IMG/VR virus record: IMGVR_UViG_3300035670_000008
Span: 1-64,000 of that record
Direction: 5' to 3' (one strand)
DNA: 64,000 nucleotides
Part shown: piece by piece, positions 25,643 to 34,963 of the stretch
Layout of the letters: each line of letters begins with the position of its first letter
How positions within the stretch are numbered: position 1 is the first letter of the stretch
The notes under the pieces: model-generated
Told to the model about the DNA's origin: nothing
Databases searched by the model: none
The model's input: only the letters and a program-made list of their open reading frames with translations
Program-made: the position numbers and the translations under genes

Positions 25643-26777
25643 CGACTACGTTTGAAGGCACATTTAGGCTTAAGAAGTCAGCTAGCTCTGGTTTTACATA
25701 ATCAACGTAGCGTGGGTGGCACAGCGTTATGTAAGGGCAAACCTGCTTAACTTCTTTGGTCTTCCAATCCCGCTTAACACAGGGGGAGTTGTAATCGGTC
25801 GGCTGCCGTTTAGTGAAGTTATCCTGCTCGGTACTGGAGTTAATCGATTTCTGGACTTCCTCGAAGTGTTTAACAACAGCTAACGCAATTGCTGGGTCGG
25901 TCTTAGCGATTACAATGTCGCCGCTAGGTAAATGGTTAATTGCTAGGTAGTCCGGCCAATCTCCAGTCGCCTCGTACTCTAAGTAAGCATAGAGGTTGAG
26001 CTGGGGGTGAAAGGCTACATCTAATCCTTCTGGCTTGCTGGAGCCTGTCTTGTGATCGCTGATGACCTTAGCTCCCTCTGTAGTGGTGTATTTCAAGTCA
26101 ATGAACCACGCCCACTCTTGGCTACCGTCATTCCAAGGTAGCTTCTCTTCGGAGGTATACTCAATGCCAGTGACTTCTTTAACCCAGTCGGGCAGCTCAA
26201 AGTTATAGAAGCATAATGCAGCTGCAGCGGCGGTGTTAGCTAAACTAATCCGTTTGAACTGAGCATTTAGGAGACAGGCGGTATTATCGATTGTCAGTTT
26301 GAACTCAGCTAGCCCGTAGGCTTGATACATGTCGCTTAGCTCTTTGGGTGGGTAACCGATCGGGTCTTTGGGGATTGAGCCATCTCGGTTACGAATGGCG
26401 TCATTACCTGTATAGTTAGCTGAGCACCGCCGTAGCAGCTTAGCGTAACGAGTTGCATAGGTGACCACTAGGCTAGCGTCTATCCCAACTCCTCTTTGCT
26501 CTTCGTCTAAGTCTCTGGCGACCGGGATAAGACAGTTATCTTGAATCCACTGGGGGATAACCACCTCTAAGATTGATTCCTTTGGAGAGCCTTTTAGGAA
26601 CTCCTCGACGCACCGGTGAGCTAACGTCCCTTTCAGGAAGTAGTCTTCTAGTGGAATTTGTATTCCTTCTGGCTTTACGATGTAGCGGTATTTGAACTTG
26701 CTAGGACATTCTTGGTAACAGCTAAGCCGAGTAAACGAGGTTATCGGCTTCTCTTTTGAGCATGTTGGGGTAGTCAT
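25635..26777 (-). CDS. PD-(D/E)XK Cas4/RecB-like exonuclease
   Basis: SFTRLSCYQECP, GTLAH, IDL..ISDHKTG, QLNLY, C-terminal C..CPY...C. Confidence 0.85.
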   Translation of the reverse strand: MTTPTCSKEKPITSFTRLSCYQECPSKFKYRYIVKPEGIQIPLEDYFLKGTLAHRCVEEFLKGSPKESILEVVIPQWIQDNCLIPVARDLDEEQRGVGIDASLVVTYATRYAKLLRRCSANYTGNDAIRNRDGSIPKDPIGYPPKELSDMYQAYGLAEFKLTIDNTACLLNAQFKRISLANTAAAAALCFYNFELPDWVKEVTGIEYTSEEKLPWNDGSQEWAWFIDLKYTTTEGAKVISDHKTGSSKPEGLDVAFHPQLNLYAYLEYEATGDWPDYLAINHLPSGDIVIAKTDPAIALAVVKHFEEVQKSINSSTEQDNFTKRQPTDYNSPCVKRDWKTKEVKQVCPYITLCHPRYVDYVKPELADFLSLNVPSNVVDA

Positions 26778-27306
26778 TAAATCTGTGGTGTACTATTGGC
26801 AACTTGAAAATGCAGCTTACGTCATCTATTATATCATCTTTAACTAAGCCACCAAATAGTACTCCCAGAGCGTCTAGCTCATGTTCGCTTATTACTTTGG
26901 GTAGCGTTTGACCGTTCTCTAAAAGCCAGAGTCGGACACTGTCCTTTGTGTTTCTAACACCTATCTTTCGTGGCCAACTATCCGCTTGGGTATGATTCGG
27001 GGACATTGTTTCATAAGGGTAGCCGACCCGGAATAAATAGTTGTGAATGGTTGTTTCCACCTTTAGCAGGGCGGTGAAGGCTCGTATTAGCCTCGCTCTG
27101 GAGTAGATTGCTTCGGTATATACTTTGGCTGGCTCTACGGCTTCACAGCAGCTACGGATGAAGTCTTCTATCAGCATCAGCTTCTCTGGCATGCTCAGCT
27201 TAGCTTTTATAATCAAATTTGAAGTTAGAATGACTCGTCCGTTCGTAGCTGCGATACCTGTGTTACTAGAGGATTGGTCTAGTCCTATATACCACTTGTT
27301 AAGCAT
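26722..27306 (-). CDS. RuvC-like Holliday junction resolvase
   Basis: IGLDQSSSNTGIA, VYTE, HELDA. Confidence 0.75.
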   Translation of the reverse strand: MLNKWYIGLDQSSSNTGIAATNGRVILTSNLIIKAKLSMPEKLMLIEDFIRSCCEAVEPAKVYTEAIYSRARLIRAFTALLKVETTIHNYLFRVGYPYETMSPNHTQADSWPRKIGVRNTKDSVRLWLLENGQTLPKVISEHELDALGVLFGGLVKDDIIDDVSCIFKLPIVHHRFNDYPNMLKREADNLVYSA

Positions 27307-27673
27307 GTTCTTTTAATAAGCTAACTAGTTTGTCCAATAGTAACAGACGGTTAGTGATATAGTCGCAGGTCTTAGAATAAATGACCTCCGGGGGGTCAGC
27401 GGGCAGCTTACCTAAAGTAACTAGAATCCAGCAGTTGTGGTATAGCACAGTTGCTTTAAAGCTGGGCTCTAGTGTTATCTTAGGCAGCGCGTTACTATAC
27501 AGACTGTTAAAGACGGCGGATTGGAAGATGAAGGGGGTTAAATCGTAACTAGCCGGGCTTAAACAGACTTTCTTCTTATAGAAGTGGCAGTTGTGCTCGT
27601 CCAGCCAGATGATATCCCCTAACGTGCTGGACTGAGTCTCTTCTATACGTTCATATAATTGTTCTACTAGCAT
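27299..27673 (-). CDS. hypothetical protein
   Basis: packed ORF. Confidence 0.55.
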   Translation of the reverse strand: MLVEQLYERIEETQSSTLGDIIWLDEHNCHFYKKKVCLSPASYDLTPFIFQSAVFNSLYSNALPKITLEPSFKATVLYHNCWILVTLGKLPADPPEVIYSKTCDYITNRLLLLDKLVSLLKEHA

Positions 27674-28418
27674 AAGTTTCCTCCAGGAAGTTTACTGGAC
27701 GTTCGCTGGCTGCATGGAAGTACCGCTGACGTTCTGCGTCACTTAAAGCGTCTAAGAACGTATCTCCGAAGATAACATCCCACCAGTGGTTACGCTGGTT
27801 TAGTAAGTCTTTGGAGACGATTGCTTGGGGATGATTCGTCTCTAAAGCGGCTATCCAAAGCTTGGGGGCTAGTCGTAGCGTGCTCTTGATGCAGTACTTC
27901 AGACTGAACGTGCTGTCCAGTAGCAGAGCGGCGGAGTCTTTGTTTAGCCGCCCAAGGTTTTTATCTAACGCTAGGTCTGGTAGTAAATAGCGGTAGTGTT
28001 TAGTGATTAACCATACTCGTTTCTTCTCACTGATGGCCTCTAGCGCAAATCTAGCCGGGCTTTTGTCGTCGTGGGCGCATCTAATCTCTTTGATATAGGG
28101 GATGTTAACTGAACATAGCGTGAGTGATGGGTTAATCAGCTTCTGCTCATACTCTAACCTTGCGGCGCCGTGGTTAATCTTACGTCTAGCTAACTCGGTG
28201 TAGCCGACCGAGTTTATGTCTTCTGGGTAAAGTACATAGTCCAGGCAAACCACGCCGCTTTCGTCTAGGGTTCTTATATAAGCTTCAAGCCCGCCAACGG
28301 TGCAGTCCCTCAGCTTCTCTGCTGGAGGCGTAGGTATGCCATTAGGAAAGTAAGCAACGGTTACAAAGACCGCTCCAGCGAAGATGAAATCAATGTAGGG
28401 AGCAAAGGCGTAAATCAC
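27651..28418 (-). CDS. hypothetical protein
   Basis: packed ORF. Confidence 0.6.
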   Translation of the reverse strand: MIYAFAPYIDFIFAGAVFVTVAYFPNGIPTPPAEKLRDCTVGGLEAYIRTLDESGVVCLDYVLYPEDINSVGYTELARRKINHGAARLEYEQKLINPSLTLCSVNIPYIKEIRCAHDDKSPARFALEAISEKKRVWLITKHYRYLLPDLALDKNLGRLNKDSAALLLDSTFSLKYCIKSTLRLAPKLWIAALETNHPQAIVSKDLLNQRNHWWDVIFGDTFLDALSDAERQRYFHAASERPVNFLEETYASRTII

Positions 28419-29605
28419 AGCAACGTTTTGAGGTAGCTAGTCCAACTAGGGTAGGCAGCATCGACGAACTGCTTTAGCATTAGCTCCAGCTCTAGATTGT
28501 ACTTAGCTAGCCGCCAGAGCTGGTCGTGCTGTTTAATGTCATTCTTATATAGGTCGAAGGCAAACTTCTCCAAAGGAATACAGTTGTTGGCTAGGTGACG
28601 CCGGTATTCCTTAGGGTCGTATTCGATAGTGATTAGGTAATCGTTAACGTCTTTGACTCCTGACCAGTCCGGCACCATACAACAGAAGATAGGTATCTGT
28701 AGCTCTAGCGAGAGGTTAATTAACCCAGGCATGATATTAGACCAGCTCTTGTACTGGCCAAACTTCTCGGTTCCTAAGGCATACTTATCCCGGTCGAAGA
28801 TAGCGACTAGGTGGGTGATATGCTTTAAAGCCCAAGCGTAATGCACCATGGGGTTGTGAACGCCGAAGCAAGCGACGGCTGGCTCCCCTATCTCTAGGAG
28901 AGATAAGCAATCAGTCACACCTTCAGTAACAACGACATAGTCCTTGTCTTTAGGAATCTGGTCAAGGTTATATAGATAGTTATTGATAGGTGGTTTATGT
29001 TGGGAGTGCATCCACCGCGGCTCGACGGTTGGGTCTACTGCCCGGCTAGTGAAGTGGACGATTGACCCGTTGCAATCTCTTACAGGGAATATCAGCCGGT
29101 CTTGGAAAAAAGGACGACTTGGCTTAGCCTCATACCAAAGGTTGTATCTAACTAGTAGAGCCCTGATATGGTCAGGTACGTCGTTGCCAGGAGGGGCGTA
29201 GCCGACATCCTTCAGCACAGCTAGGCTATAGCCCCTGCTGGTTGCGAAGTCTTTCAGGATATTAGGATTCTTTCTAGCTTGTTCGAGGAAGTATTCATGA
29301 ACATCTGCTAAGCCGGTTGCCTTTTCTCTGTAGATATGTTCACCTGGGGCGGCTAGTTGAGCTAACTCTCGGAAGGCTTCTTGGTTGGTCTTGCAAATCT
29401 CATAGTCAACCAGGAGGTTGAGAATATCTCCCCGCTTACCACACTTGAAACAAACGTAGTGCTCGTTGCGGGTGGTCTTGAAAGCCGTGTGGCTAGAACA
29501 AAAAGGGCAAGGCTGGCGCCCGTCCCCTTTCGTTAGCGGGATGTTAAATTTCTCAGCTACCGTTGTTAGTGTTAGCTGGGCTTTTAGCTGCTGAATAGAG
29601 GTCAT
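28415..29605 (-). CDS. DnaG-type DNA primase
   Basis: CPFC...CFKCG zinc finger, F.DRLIFP, TOPRIM TEGVTD and FDRD, KDVND. Confidence 0.92.
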   Translation of the reverse strand: MTSIQQLKAQLTLTTVAEKFNIPLTKGDGRQPCPFCSSHTAFKTTRNEHYVCFKCGKRGDILNLLVDYEICKTNQEAFRELAQLAAPGEHIYREKATGLADVHEYFLEQARKNPNILKDFATSRGYSLAVLKDVGYAPPGNDVPDHIRALLVRYNLWYEAKPSRPFFQDRLIFPVRDCNGSIVHFTSRAVDPTVEPRWMHSQHKPPINNYLYNLDQIPKDKDYVVVTEGVTDCLSLLEIGEPAVACFGVHNPMVHYAWALKHITHLVAIFDRDKYALGTEKFGQYKSWSNIMPGLINLSLELQIPIFCCMVPDWSGVKDVNDYLITIEYDPKEYRRHLANNCIPLEKFAFDLYKNDIKQHDQLWRLAKYNLELELMLKQFVDAAYPSWTSYLKTLL

Positions 29606-29807
29606 ATACGGACTCTAACTCTTTAACGACGTCGTTTAGGTTGCTTAAGTCGTCTTTAAGCTCTAGCTGTTTACATAATTCTAGTAGGGCTAGTTGCTTA
29701 ACGGTGAGTTTGAGCAGTACCTGACCCCCTAAGTCTAGGTTTGCTAGCGCTTCTTTTGCCTCGAATCTAGTAGGGTTAGGTAGCTTCGTCACAGTTGAAG
29801 TAGTCAT
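29553..29807 (-). CDS. hypothetical protein
   Basis: packed ORF. Confidence 0.5.
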   Translation of the reverse strand: MTTSTVTKLPNPTRFEAKEALANLDLGGQVLLKLTVKQLALLELCKQLELKDDLSNLNDVVKELESVYDLYSAAKSPANTNNGS

Positions 29808-31281
29808 ATACCTCCTCTAAAGTGCAGATGTGAGCAGCGTCTTCGTACCGTTTATTTAGGATGTGCATCCGTTTTCTGGAGTGGGTCTCCAGGTAATGCT
29901 CCTCTACGTCGTAGAAGTCCACGATGATGGAGCGCTTCTTCGTACCTGAGCGGTCGATGCGGAGGACTCTTCCATCCCGCTGAGTATTAATCCGCTCGTT
30001 AGACCGTCCAGCGCAGTTAATAACCAACTCCAGCTTCGGCAGGTCTTCCCCTTCGTTCAGGATGCTAGAGGCAATTAAGCAATCCAAGTCTCCACTACGG
30101 AAGGCATCGAGGATTTCCATCCGTTTCTTACCTTTGGTGCTGCCGTCGATAAACTGGATATCTAACCCTCGCTTCTCAGCCAACTCCTTAAGAATCAGGC
30201 CGTGTTCGATGCGCTCAATAATAACGAGAGCATTTCCGCCCCGCCCCTTACTATTCAAGAAGTTCACTAACACATCGATAGCTAACTTATTGCGGGTAGC
30301 ATTTCTGACGACGGCTTCCATGTAAACCTCGTCCGGGTCTGGCTTGCAGTTGGGTAGGTAAGGGTAGCTAATAAACCGACCGCCGAAGTCGTCTTTGTTG
30401 ACGAAGTGACCATTGTAGAGCTTCTCATCATGTCTAAGACTAATGAAGAAAGCTTTAGGCGCGTGGATGACGTTGAGGTCAACCATAACGGATTCTGGGA
30501 TAGTTAACACCTTCGGTCCGGTTACGCCTTCCAATACCAAGTCGGCCCCATCGGTACGCCAATTTGTAGCGCTAAGTCCTAGTCGATAGCCAGTATTAGG
30601 ACAGGCGTCGCTAATGGTTTGATAACTTTTGCTCGCCCCGGCGTGGGACTCGTCAATGATTAGTACCTGCTGGGCGTCTAACTCTCCTTTAAACTTACCT
30701 TCGGCATGTCTAGCTAGAGAGTTAATAATCCCGACGGTGACCCGTTCCCACTTAGATTTCCCATCTCCGATCTGCCCAATAGATTCTTCTAAGGTCTTCT
30801 CTAAGGTACGTGTCATGTTAGCCAGCAGATTTAGGCTAGGCACGGTAATTAGAATCCGCTCGTTAGGGAACTGTTGAACGAAGAAGGCTGCCGCCCAGCT
30901 CTTTCCCGACGCTGTAGGAGATTGGATTAGACATCTATGGTATGAGAGTGCTGTCTCGACAATCTCTCTCTGGTGTTTAAAGGCCCAGTCAGGTAGCTCC
31001 CAGAGCGTAGGCTTAACGACGTCGTATAGACATTCGTAGTCGAACTCTACTTTATAGGAGTCCAGCAGGTCTACGACTCTAGGTAACAAGCCGGTAGGGA
31101 ACTTGTCTTCGTAAACGTTATAGCAGCAGCGGGTATCGTCTAACCAGGACATACCTCGTTGTTTAATTAGGTAGCTAACGCTTTTGTCCTTCCAGGTCAG
31201 TTCTTGTTTAATAACGTTGCGTAGGTTATTGTCAGCCCCTTCTATCTTCGTCTGAGCTGCGTCGAATATTAGCTTAAGCAT
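29776..31281 (-). CDS. SF2 DExH helicase (UvsW-like)
   Basis: PTASGKS, DESH, LSAT, EGEDLP, QRDGRVLR. Confidence 0.9.
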   Translation of the reverse strand: MLKLIFDAAQTKIEGADNNLRNVIKQELTWKDKSVSYLIKQRGMSWLDDTRCCYNVYEDKFPTGLLPRVVDLLDSYKVEFDYECLYDVVKPTLWELPDWAFKHQREIVETALSYHRCLIQSPTASGKSWAAAFFVQQFPNERILITVPSLNLLANMTRTLEKTLEESIGQIGDGKSKWERVTVGIINSLARHAEGKFKGELDAQQVLIIDESHAGASKSYQTISDACPNTGYRLGLSATNWRTDGADLVLEGVTGPKVLTIPESVMVDLNVIHAPKAFFISLRHDEKLYNGHFVNKDDFGGRFISYPYLPNCKPDPDEVYMEAVVRNATRNKLAIDVLVNFLNSKGRGGNALVIIERIEHGLILKELAEKRGLDIQFIDGSTKGKKRMEILDAFRSGDLDCLIASSILNEGEDLPKLELVINCAGRSNERINTQRDGRVLRIDRSGTKKRSIIVDFYDVEEHYLETHSRKRMHILNKRYEDAAHICTLEEVYDYFNCDEAT

Positions 31282-31286
31282 AAAAG

Positions 31287-31311
31287 AAAAAGCCGGGTAG
31301 TTAACCCGGCT
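31287..31311 (-). terminator. intrinsic terminator
   Basis: AGCCGGGT-TAACT-ACCCGGCT followed by TTTT. Confidence 0.8.
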
Positions 31312-31317
31312 AGTAGT

Positions 31318-32712
31318 TTATTCTTCAGGCGGCATCAGAGCAGAGAACTTCCGTTTAGCTAAGTTGCTCTTCTGCTCCGTGGGTGTAGGTTCTTCAGCTA
31401 CTTCCACCTCAGCTTCTGCCTGCTTCAAAACAGGCGGGTTAGGAGGCGTAGCCACGGCGCTTACGGCAGGGGTTCCGACTGAGCGGCTTTTGCCTTTCGT
31501 GTCGGCAACTTCCTGTTGGTAAGTACCTAAAGCAGCTTTCAGCCAATCCAAGGGGGTAGCGCCCCGACCAGCGGCGATAACTTCGGGGTCCCGCACTGGC
31601 GCAAAGACCGGCATGTGCAGGGTGTTGAACTCCTTCCGAGAGAGTTGACCAACGTACACTTCCGTAACCACGGGGTAGACGGTGTTACCACCCAGGTTGG
31701 CGCGGCGGACGTCGCCGGGGGCAGTGCGCTTGGCGTGGAGGTACTTGCTGAAGTAGTCGCCCCAGCTGTAGATTTCCGGCGGTAGGTAGCAGTGTTTACC
31801 CGCGCGGATAACCGGGCGTTCAAAGTCCCCGTTGCCGATGGGCCAGTGCTGCACTTTGGACATGCCCCGGATTTTAAGGATGAAGGGCTCGGTCATGGGT
31901 TCGAGCTTGCCGGGCTCTACTTCCGTCATGAGTTGGGCATCAGCAATGTCCACCCACTTGACTTTGGAGTTACCTCCGGTTAGCACCGCGCTGTTGTCCA
32001 AGACACCAAGCTGGAAGACCGCGAACAGGACGTAGCCGTCGAGCCGGCAGCTGGGGACTTGGGAGTTCGGGTCAAGGAACTGCTCCAGAGTGCCTTCGTA
32101 GTGCTCCCCGGCTTCAACGCAGCTGCGGCAGGTGCGCCGTTCGCTGGTCTTCACATCGGGGTCAGTACCCACGGGCGGGCGGCTGCCGTAGAGTTCCAGG
32201 TAAGGACGGTCAGCCAACCAACCAGTAAGTTCGTGGGGAGCTTTCTTGCTCTTGTGAATCTGGTTGATAGGCACTTCCAAGCAGTACCGGTCTTTGGTTT
32301 CCAGGGGCGGGTCGTAGGATTTATCGACCAGGCAGGTGGTGCCGCACAGCACTTTGCCTTCGGAGTTCTTCATCTGGAAGCTGTACTTCGGACCGATAAC
32401 GATACCCCGCAAGCCGACGAAGGTGTGCTCTACCGCGCGGGTAACTTCTTCGTAGATTTCAATCTTACTTTCCGTAAGTTCTTCAATCTCTTTCTTGGTC
32501 TTGGGCCAGCTCCAAACGATGCGTTCGCCGTTGATAGTCGTAGCTCGGTGGGCTTTCCAACTCGCGTCGTATTCTTCAACGCCCATCTCCCGCATTGCCA
32601 GGGACTCGGGGGCGTCCTGGGAGTCGGCTAGTAGCTGCTCCAGGTTATCAAGATTGATAGAAGTTAGGTCAGTAGGCGTGGCAGGATTAGTTTTAGCTAA
32701 GTAAGAAGTCAT
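31318..32712 (-). CDS. putative ssDNA-binding/annealing protein
   Basis: stand-alone transcription unit in the replication block, CxxC, low-complexity tail, visibly GC-biased codons; function inferred only. Confidence 0.4.
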   Translation of the reverse strand: MTSYLAKTNPATPTDLTSINLDNLEQLLADSQDAPESLAMREMGVEEYDASWKAHRATTINGERIVWSWPKTKKEIEELTESKIEIYEEVTRAVEHTFVGLRGIVIGPKYSFQMKNSEGKVLCGTTCLVDKSYDPPLETKDRYCLEVPINQIHKSKKAPHELTGWLADRPYLELYGSRPPVGTDPDVKTSERRTCRSCVEAGEHYEGTLEQFLDPNSQVPSCRLDGYVLFAVFQLGVLDNSAVLTGGNSKVKWVDIADAQLMTEVEPGKLEPMTEPFILKIRGMSKVQHWPIGNGDFERPVIRAGKHCYLPPEIYSWGDYFSKYLHAKRTAPGDVRRANLGGNTVYPVVTEVYVGQLSRKEFNTLHMPVFAPVRDPEVIAAGRGATPLDWLKAALGTYQQEVADTKGKSRSVGTPAVSAVATPPNPPVLKQAEAEVEVAEEPTPTEQKSNLAKRKFSALMPPEE

Positions 32713-32737
32713 ACAAATGTAACCAATTGAGTGATTA

Positions 32738-32757
32738 GCTTTCTTTTTGCTTTTTTC
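32738..32757 (-). promoter_or_regulatory. conserved 20-bp upstream motif
   Basis: GAAAAAAGCAAAAAGAAAGC, 25 nt before ATG 32712. Confidence 0.65.
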
Positions 32758-32786
32758 TTCGTGTTCGGGTTTCAACCCCTTATCTT

Positions 32787-33770
32787 CTATTTTAGCTCGG
32801 GGGCTAGGCGGTTTGAGGGTATGTCAAATATACTACTATAGGCAAGTTTGGCTTGGACAGAGGGTTTCAGAACCCAGTACTGTTTCTTCCCTTTTCGTAG
32901 GTAGAACCCTTCTGTACCCGGCGTAGCCAACACAGCCGTCGACAACCATATCCAATGGGCGAACATCCCTAGTAGTTTACCTAAGGACTCACCACGCTCA
33001 ATCCTCTCTAGAACTGGCTTTAGATACAGATTCAAGCAATAAGCGCCTGCTCCTATCAGTAGGATAGGGTATTCCCCGTTGGCATATTGCTTTGTCGGGC
33101 GGATTAGTCGGTAATACAGAGCGGGTTTTATAGACCCCCACACCTTTGTACCTTCTACAGTCGTTAAGGTATTGACTAAATCAAAGCACTCCCGGCTGGT
33201 TATATGCTTAGTCTCGAACGGGTTGTCTTCTTTTTTGTCCTTAAAGGTCATGATGTAGTTAATCCGCCGCATGGAAGTGTAAGGGTATAGCTGGTTAACT
33301 ACCCCAGGGAAGTTATACTCCTCATGCGGCTCAATAAACTCTACCCCGCGTAGGTCTAACTCTCGGTATAGACCACCCTCCAAGGATTTGATAGCAGCGG
33401 ACGGCTTCTTGTCTTCTAGCTCTAGTAGACAGATGAATACATAGGTGTTCTCATCGACGTTGAGCATCTGGTCGTTAGGCAGCAGGTTATTACTATCAGT
33501 TTTGACGCTACCATAGTTAACCGATTTGGGCTTAACGATAATCTCGCCTGTCCCTTTGGTTTCAGCGGGGATAATAATAACCGCCGTTGCCTCCGGGGTG
33601 AAGCGAGTGTCTAACGCTCGCCTGACCTCTTGGGTGGTAGGTTCAATTAACAGCTCTGGGGTCAGCTCTAACAAAGAGCAGATGAACTTGACCTGTTGGA
33701 TAGTTCCTACGGTTAGATAAATAACGCCAGGCTGTAGCTGTGTGACTAGGTCAATTACTTTACGTGACAC
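32787..33770 (-). CDS. hypothetical protein, possible clamp-loader accessory (delta-like) subunit
   Basis: size and overlap with the DnaX-like gene; no clear motif. Confidence 0.35.
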   Translation of the reverse strand: MSRKVIDLVTQLQPGVIYLTVGTIQQVKFICSLLELTPELLIEPTTQEVRRALDTRFTPEATAVIIIPAETKGTGEIIVKPKSVNYGSVKTDSNNLLPNDQMLNVDENTYVFICLLELEDKKPSAAIKSLEGGLYRELDLRGVEFIEPHEEYNFPGVVNQLYPYTSMRRINYIMTFKDKKEDNPFETKHITSRECFDLVNTLTTVEGTKVWGSIKPALYYRLIRPTKQYANGEYPILLIGAGAYCLNLYLKPVLERIERGESLGKLLGMFAHWIWLSTAVLATPGTEGFYLRKGKKQYWVLKPSVQAKLAYSSIFDIPSNRLAPELK

Positions 33771-34878
33771 CTAAGTCTAAGCCTCCAAGTTGTAAGAGAT
33801 AGTCCTTTAGGTCAACCCGGTACTGTAAGTCTATAGACTCATAGAGCCGTCTGAGCGCGAAGAGTTGGTGGTCGTGGTTACCCCGTCGCTCGCGCATAGC
33901 ATTACCGATGTCCTTGGTTAAATCCAGGACAAAGTCCTTAACATTCCGAGGGCCATAGACAGACATGATTCGCTGGATGAGCTCTTCTACCTCGTAATAC
34001 TTACCCCGTTGAAGCGCTTTCCAGATGTCAATTCGGTCTTCCGCATCGGTATACCTTAGAAAGTACTTAACGGTTTCAGGTTGGATGTAGTCGCAGTACG
34101 GGTCATGTACGCCGAGCTGTTGATACTTACAACAAGCCGCCCGAATGGAACCGTGGCTAGCCCGCGCTATCTGGGCGGCGATCTCCTCTGTCAGAAGCGG
34201 ATAACCGCTGTTGGGCGCAATGGTTAGTAAGTAGTCTTTAATAGTCTCGTCTGGGATGTTTCGTAGCTCAATCGGAAAGCCACGCTCTTCGATAGCCCAG
34301 AGTTCCTGCTCAGGGATTTTCTCTGGTTGCATTGTCAACATTATATAAACCGTTAATTGGTCATTCTCCAACTCGGCTTTCAACAACACTTTCTGACGCT
34401 CGTTACTAGGGAATAGTTGCCACTCATCGAAGATGACAAAGCGGAAGTAGGGGCGTCCATAACCCAGGTCTACCGGTGGCTTAGAGCCAAACTCTAACCC
34501 GCGTTTTACCAGCTTACCGGTAGACTCTTCCTCGGTTCCGTAAGCACCAGGCTGCAGGTGCAGAATATTGGTGTATTCGCTGCCTTGTTGTCTAAAGTCG
34601 ATGACCTGCCGGCAGAGCTCACATTCACCACAGGGGTTAACCCCTCGGTAGGTAATGCCGTTGCGCGTATAGTCTTGTGGGTTACTGCAGTTTAAAGACC
34701 GAATTAGTAAGTTAATTAAGGAAGTCTTCCCGGAGCCGGTAGACCCATATATTGTGATAGACCTAGGCATAGTCGTAACGCCGTTGGAAATACAGTTCAA
34801 CAACTGGCGTAGCTCCATGTCATGTCCCCAAAACTCCTCCCAACGGAGCGGAGTTAGTTCTTGTGGTAAATTCAGCAT
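33760..34878 (-). CDS. DnaX (gamma/tau)-like clamp loader AAA+ ATPase
   Basis: P..WEEF.G, GSTGSGKT, LNC...PCGECELC zinc module, VIFDE, GSIR. Confidence 0.85.
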   Translation of the reverse strand: MLNLPQELTPLRWEEFWGHDMELRQLLNCISNGVTTMPRSITIYGSTGSGKTSLINLLIRSLNCSNPQDYTRNGITYRGVNPCGECELCRQVIDFRQQGSEYTNILHLQPGAYGTEEESTGKLVKRGLEFGSKPPVDLGYGRPYFRFVIFDEWQLFPSNERQKVLLKAELENDQLTVYIMLTMQPEKIPEQELWAIEERGFPIELRNIPDETIKDYLLTIAPNSGYPLLTEEIAAQIARASHGSIRAACCKYQQLGVHDPYCDYIQPETVKYFLRYTDAEDRIDIWKALQRGKYYEVEELIQRIMSVYGPRNVKDFVLDLTKDIGNAMRERRGNHDHQLFALRRLYESIDLQYRVDLKDYLLQLGGLDLGVT

Positions 34879-34897
34879 TTCTTGGACCTCTTGATAG

Positions 34898-34917
34898 GCT
34901 TTCTTTTCGCTTTTTTC
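34898..34917 (-). promoter_or_regulatory. conserved 20-bp upstream motif
   Basis: GAAAAAAGCGAAAAGAAAGC, 19 nt before ATG 34878. Confidence 0.65.
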
Positions 34918-34963
34918 ACCGTTTTCACGGACTAGAGTGAAGAATATAGAGCTTTACTTATTT

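Noticed and set aside
32059-32631. 190-aa plus-strand ORF and similar antisense ORFs elsewhere
   Set aside because: These are shadow frames of codon-biased genes on the other strand, with no motifs.
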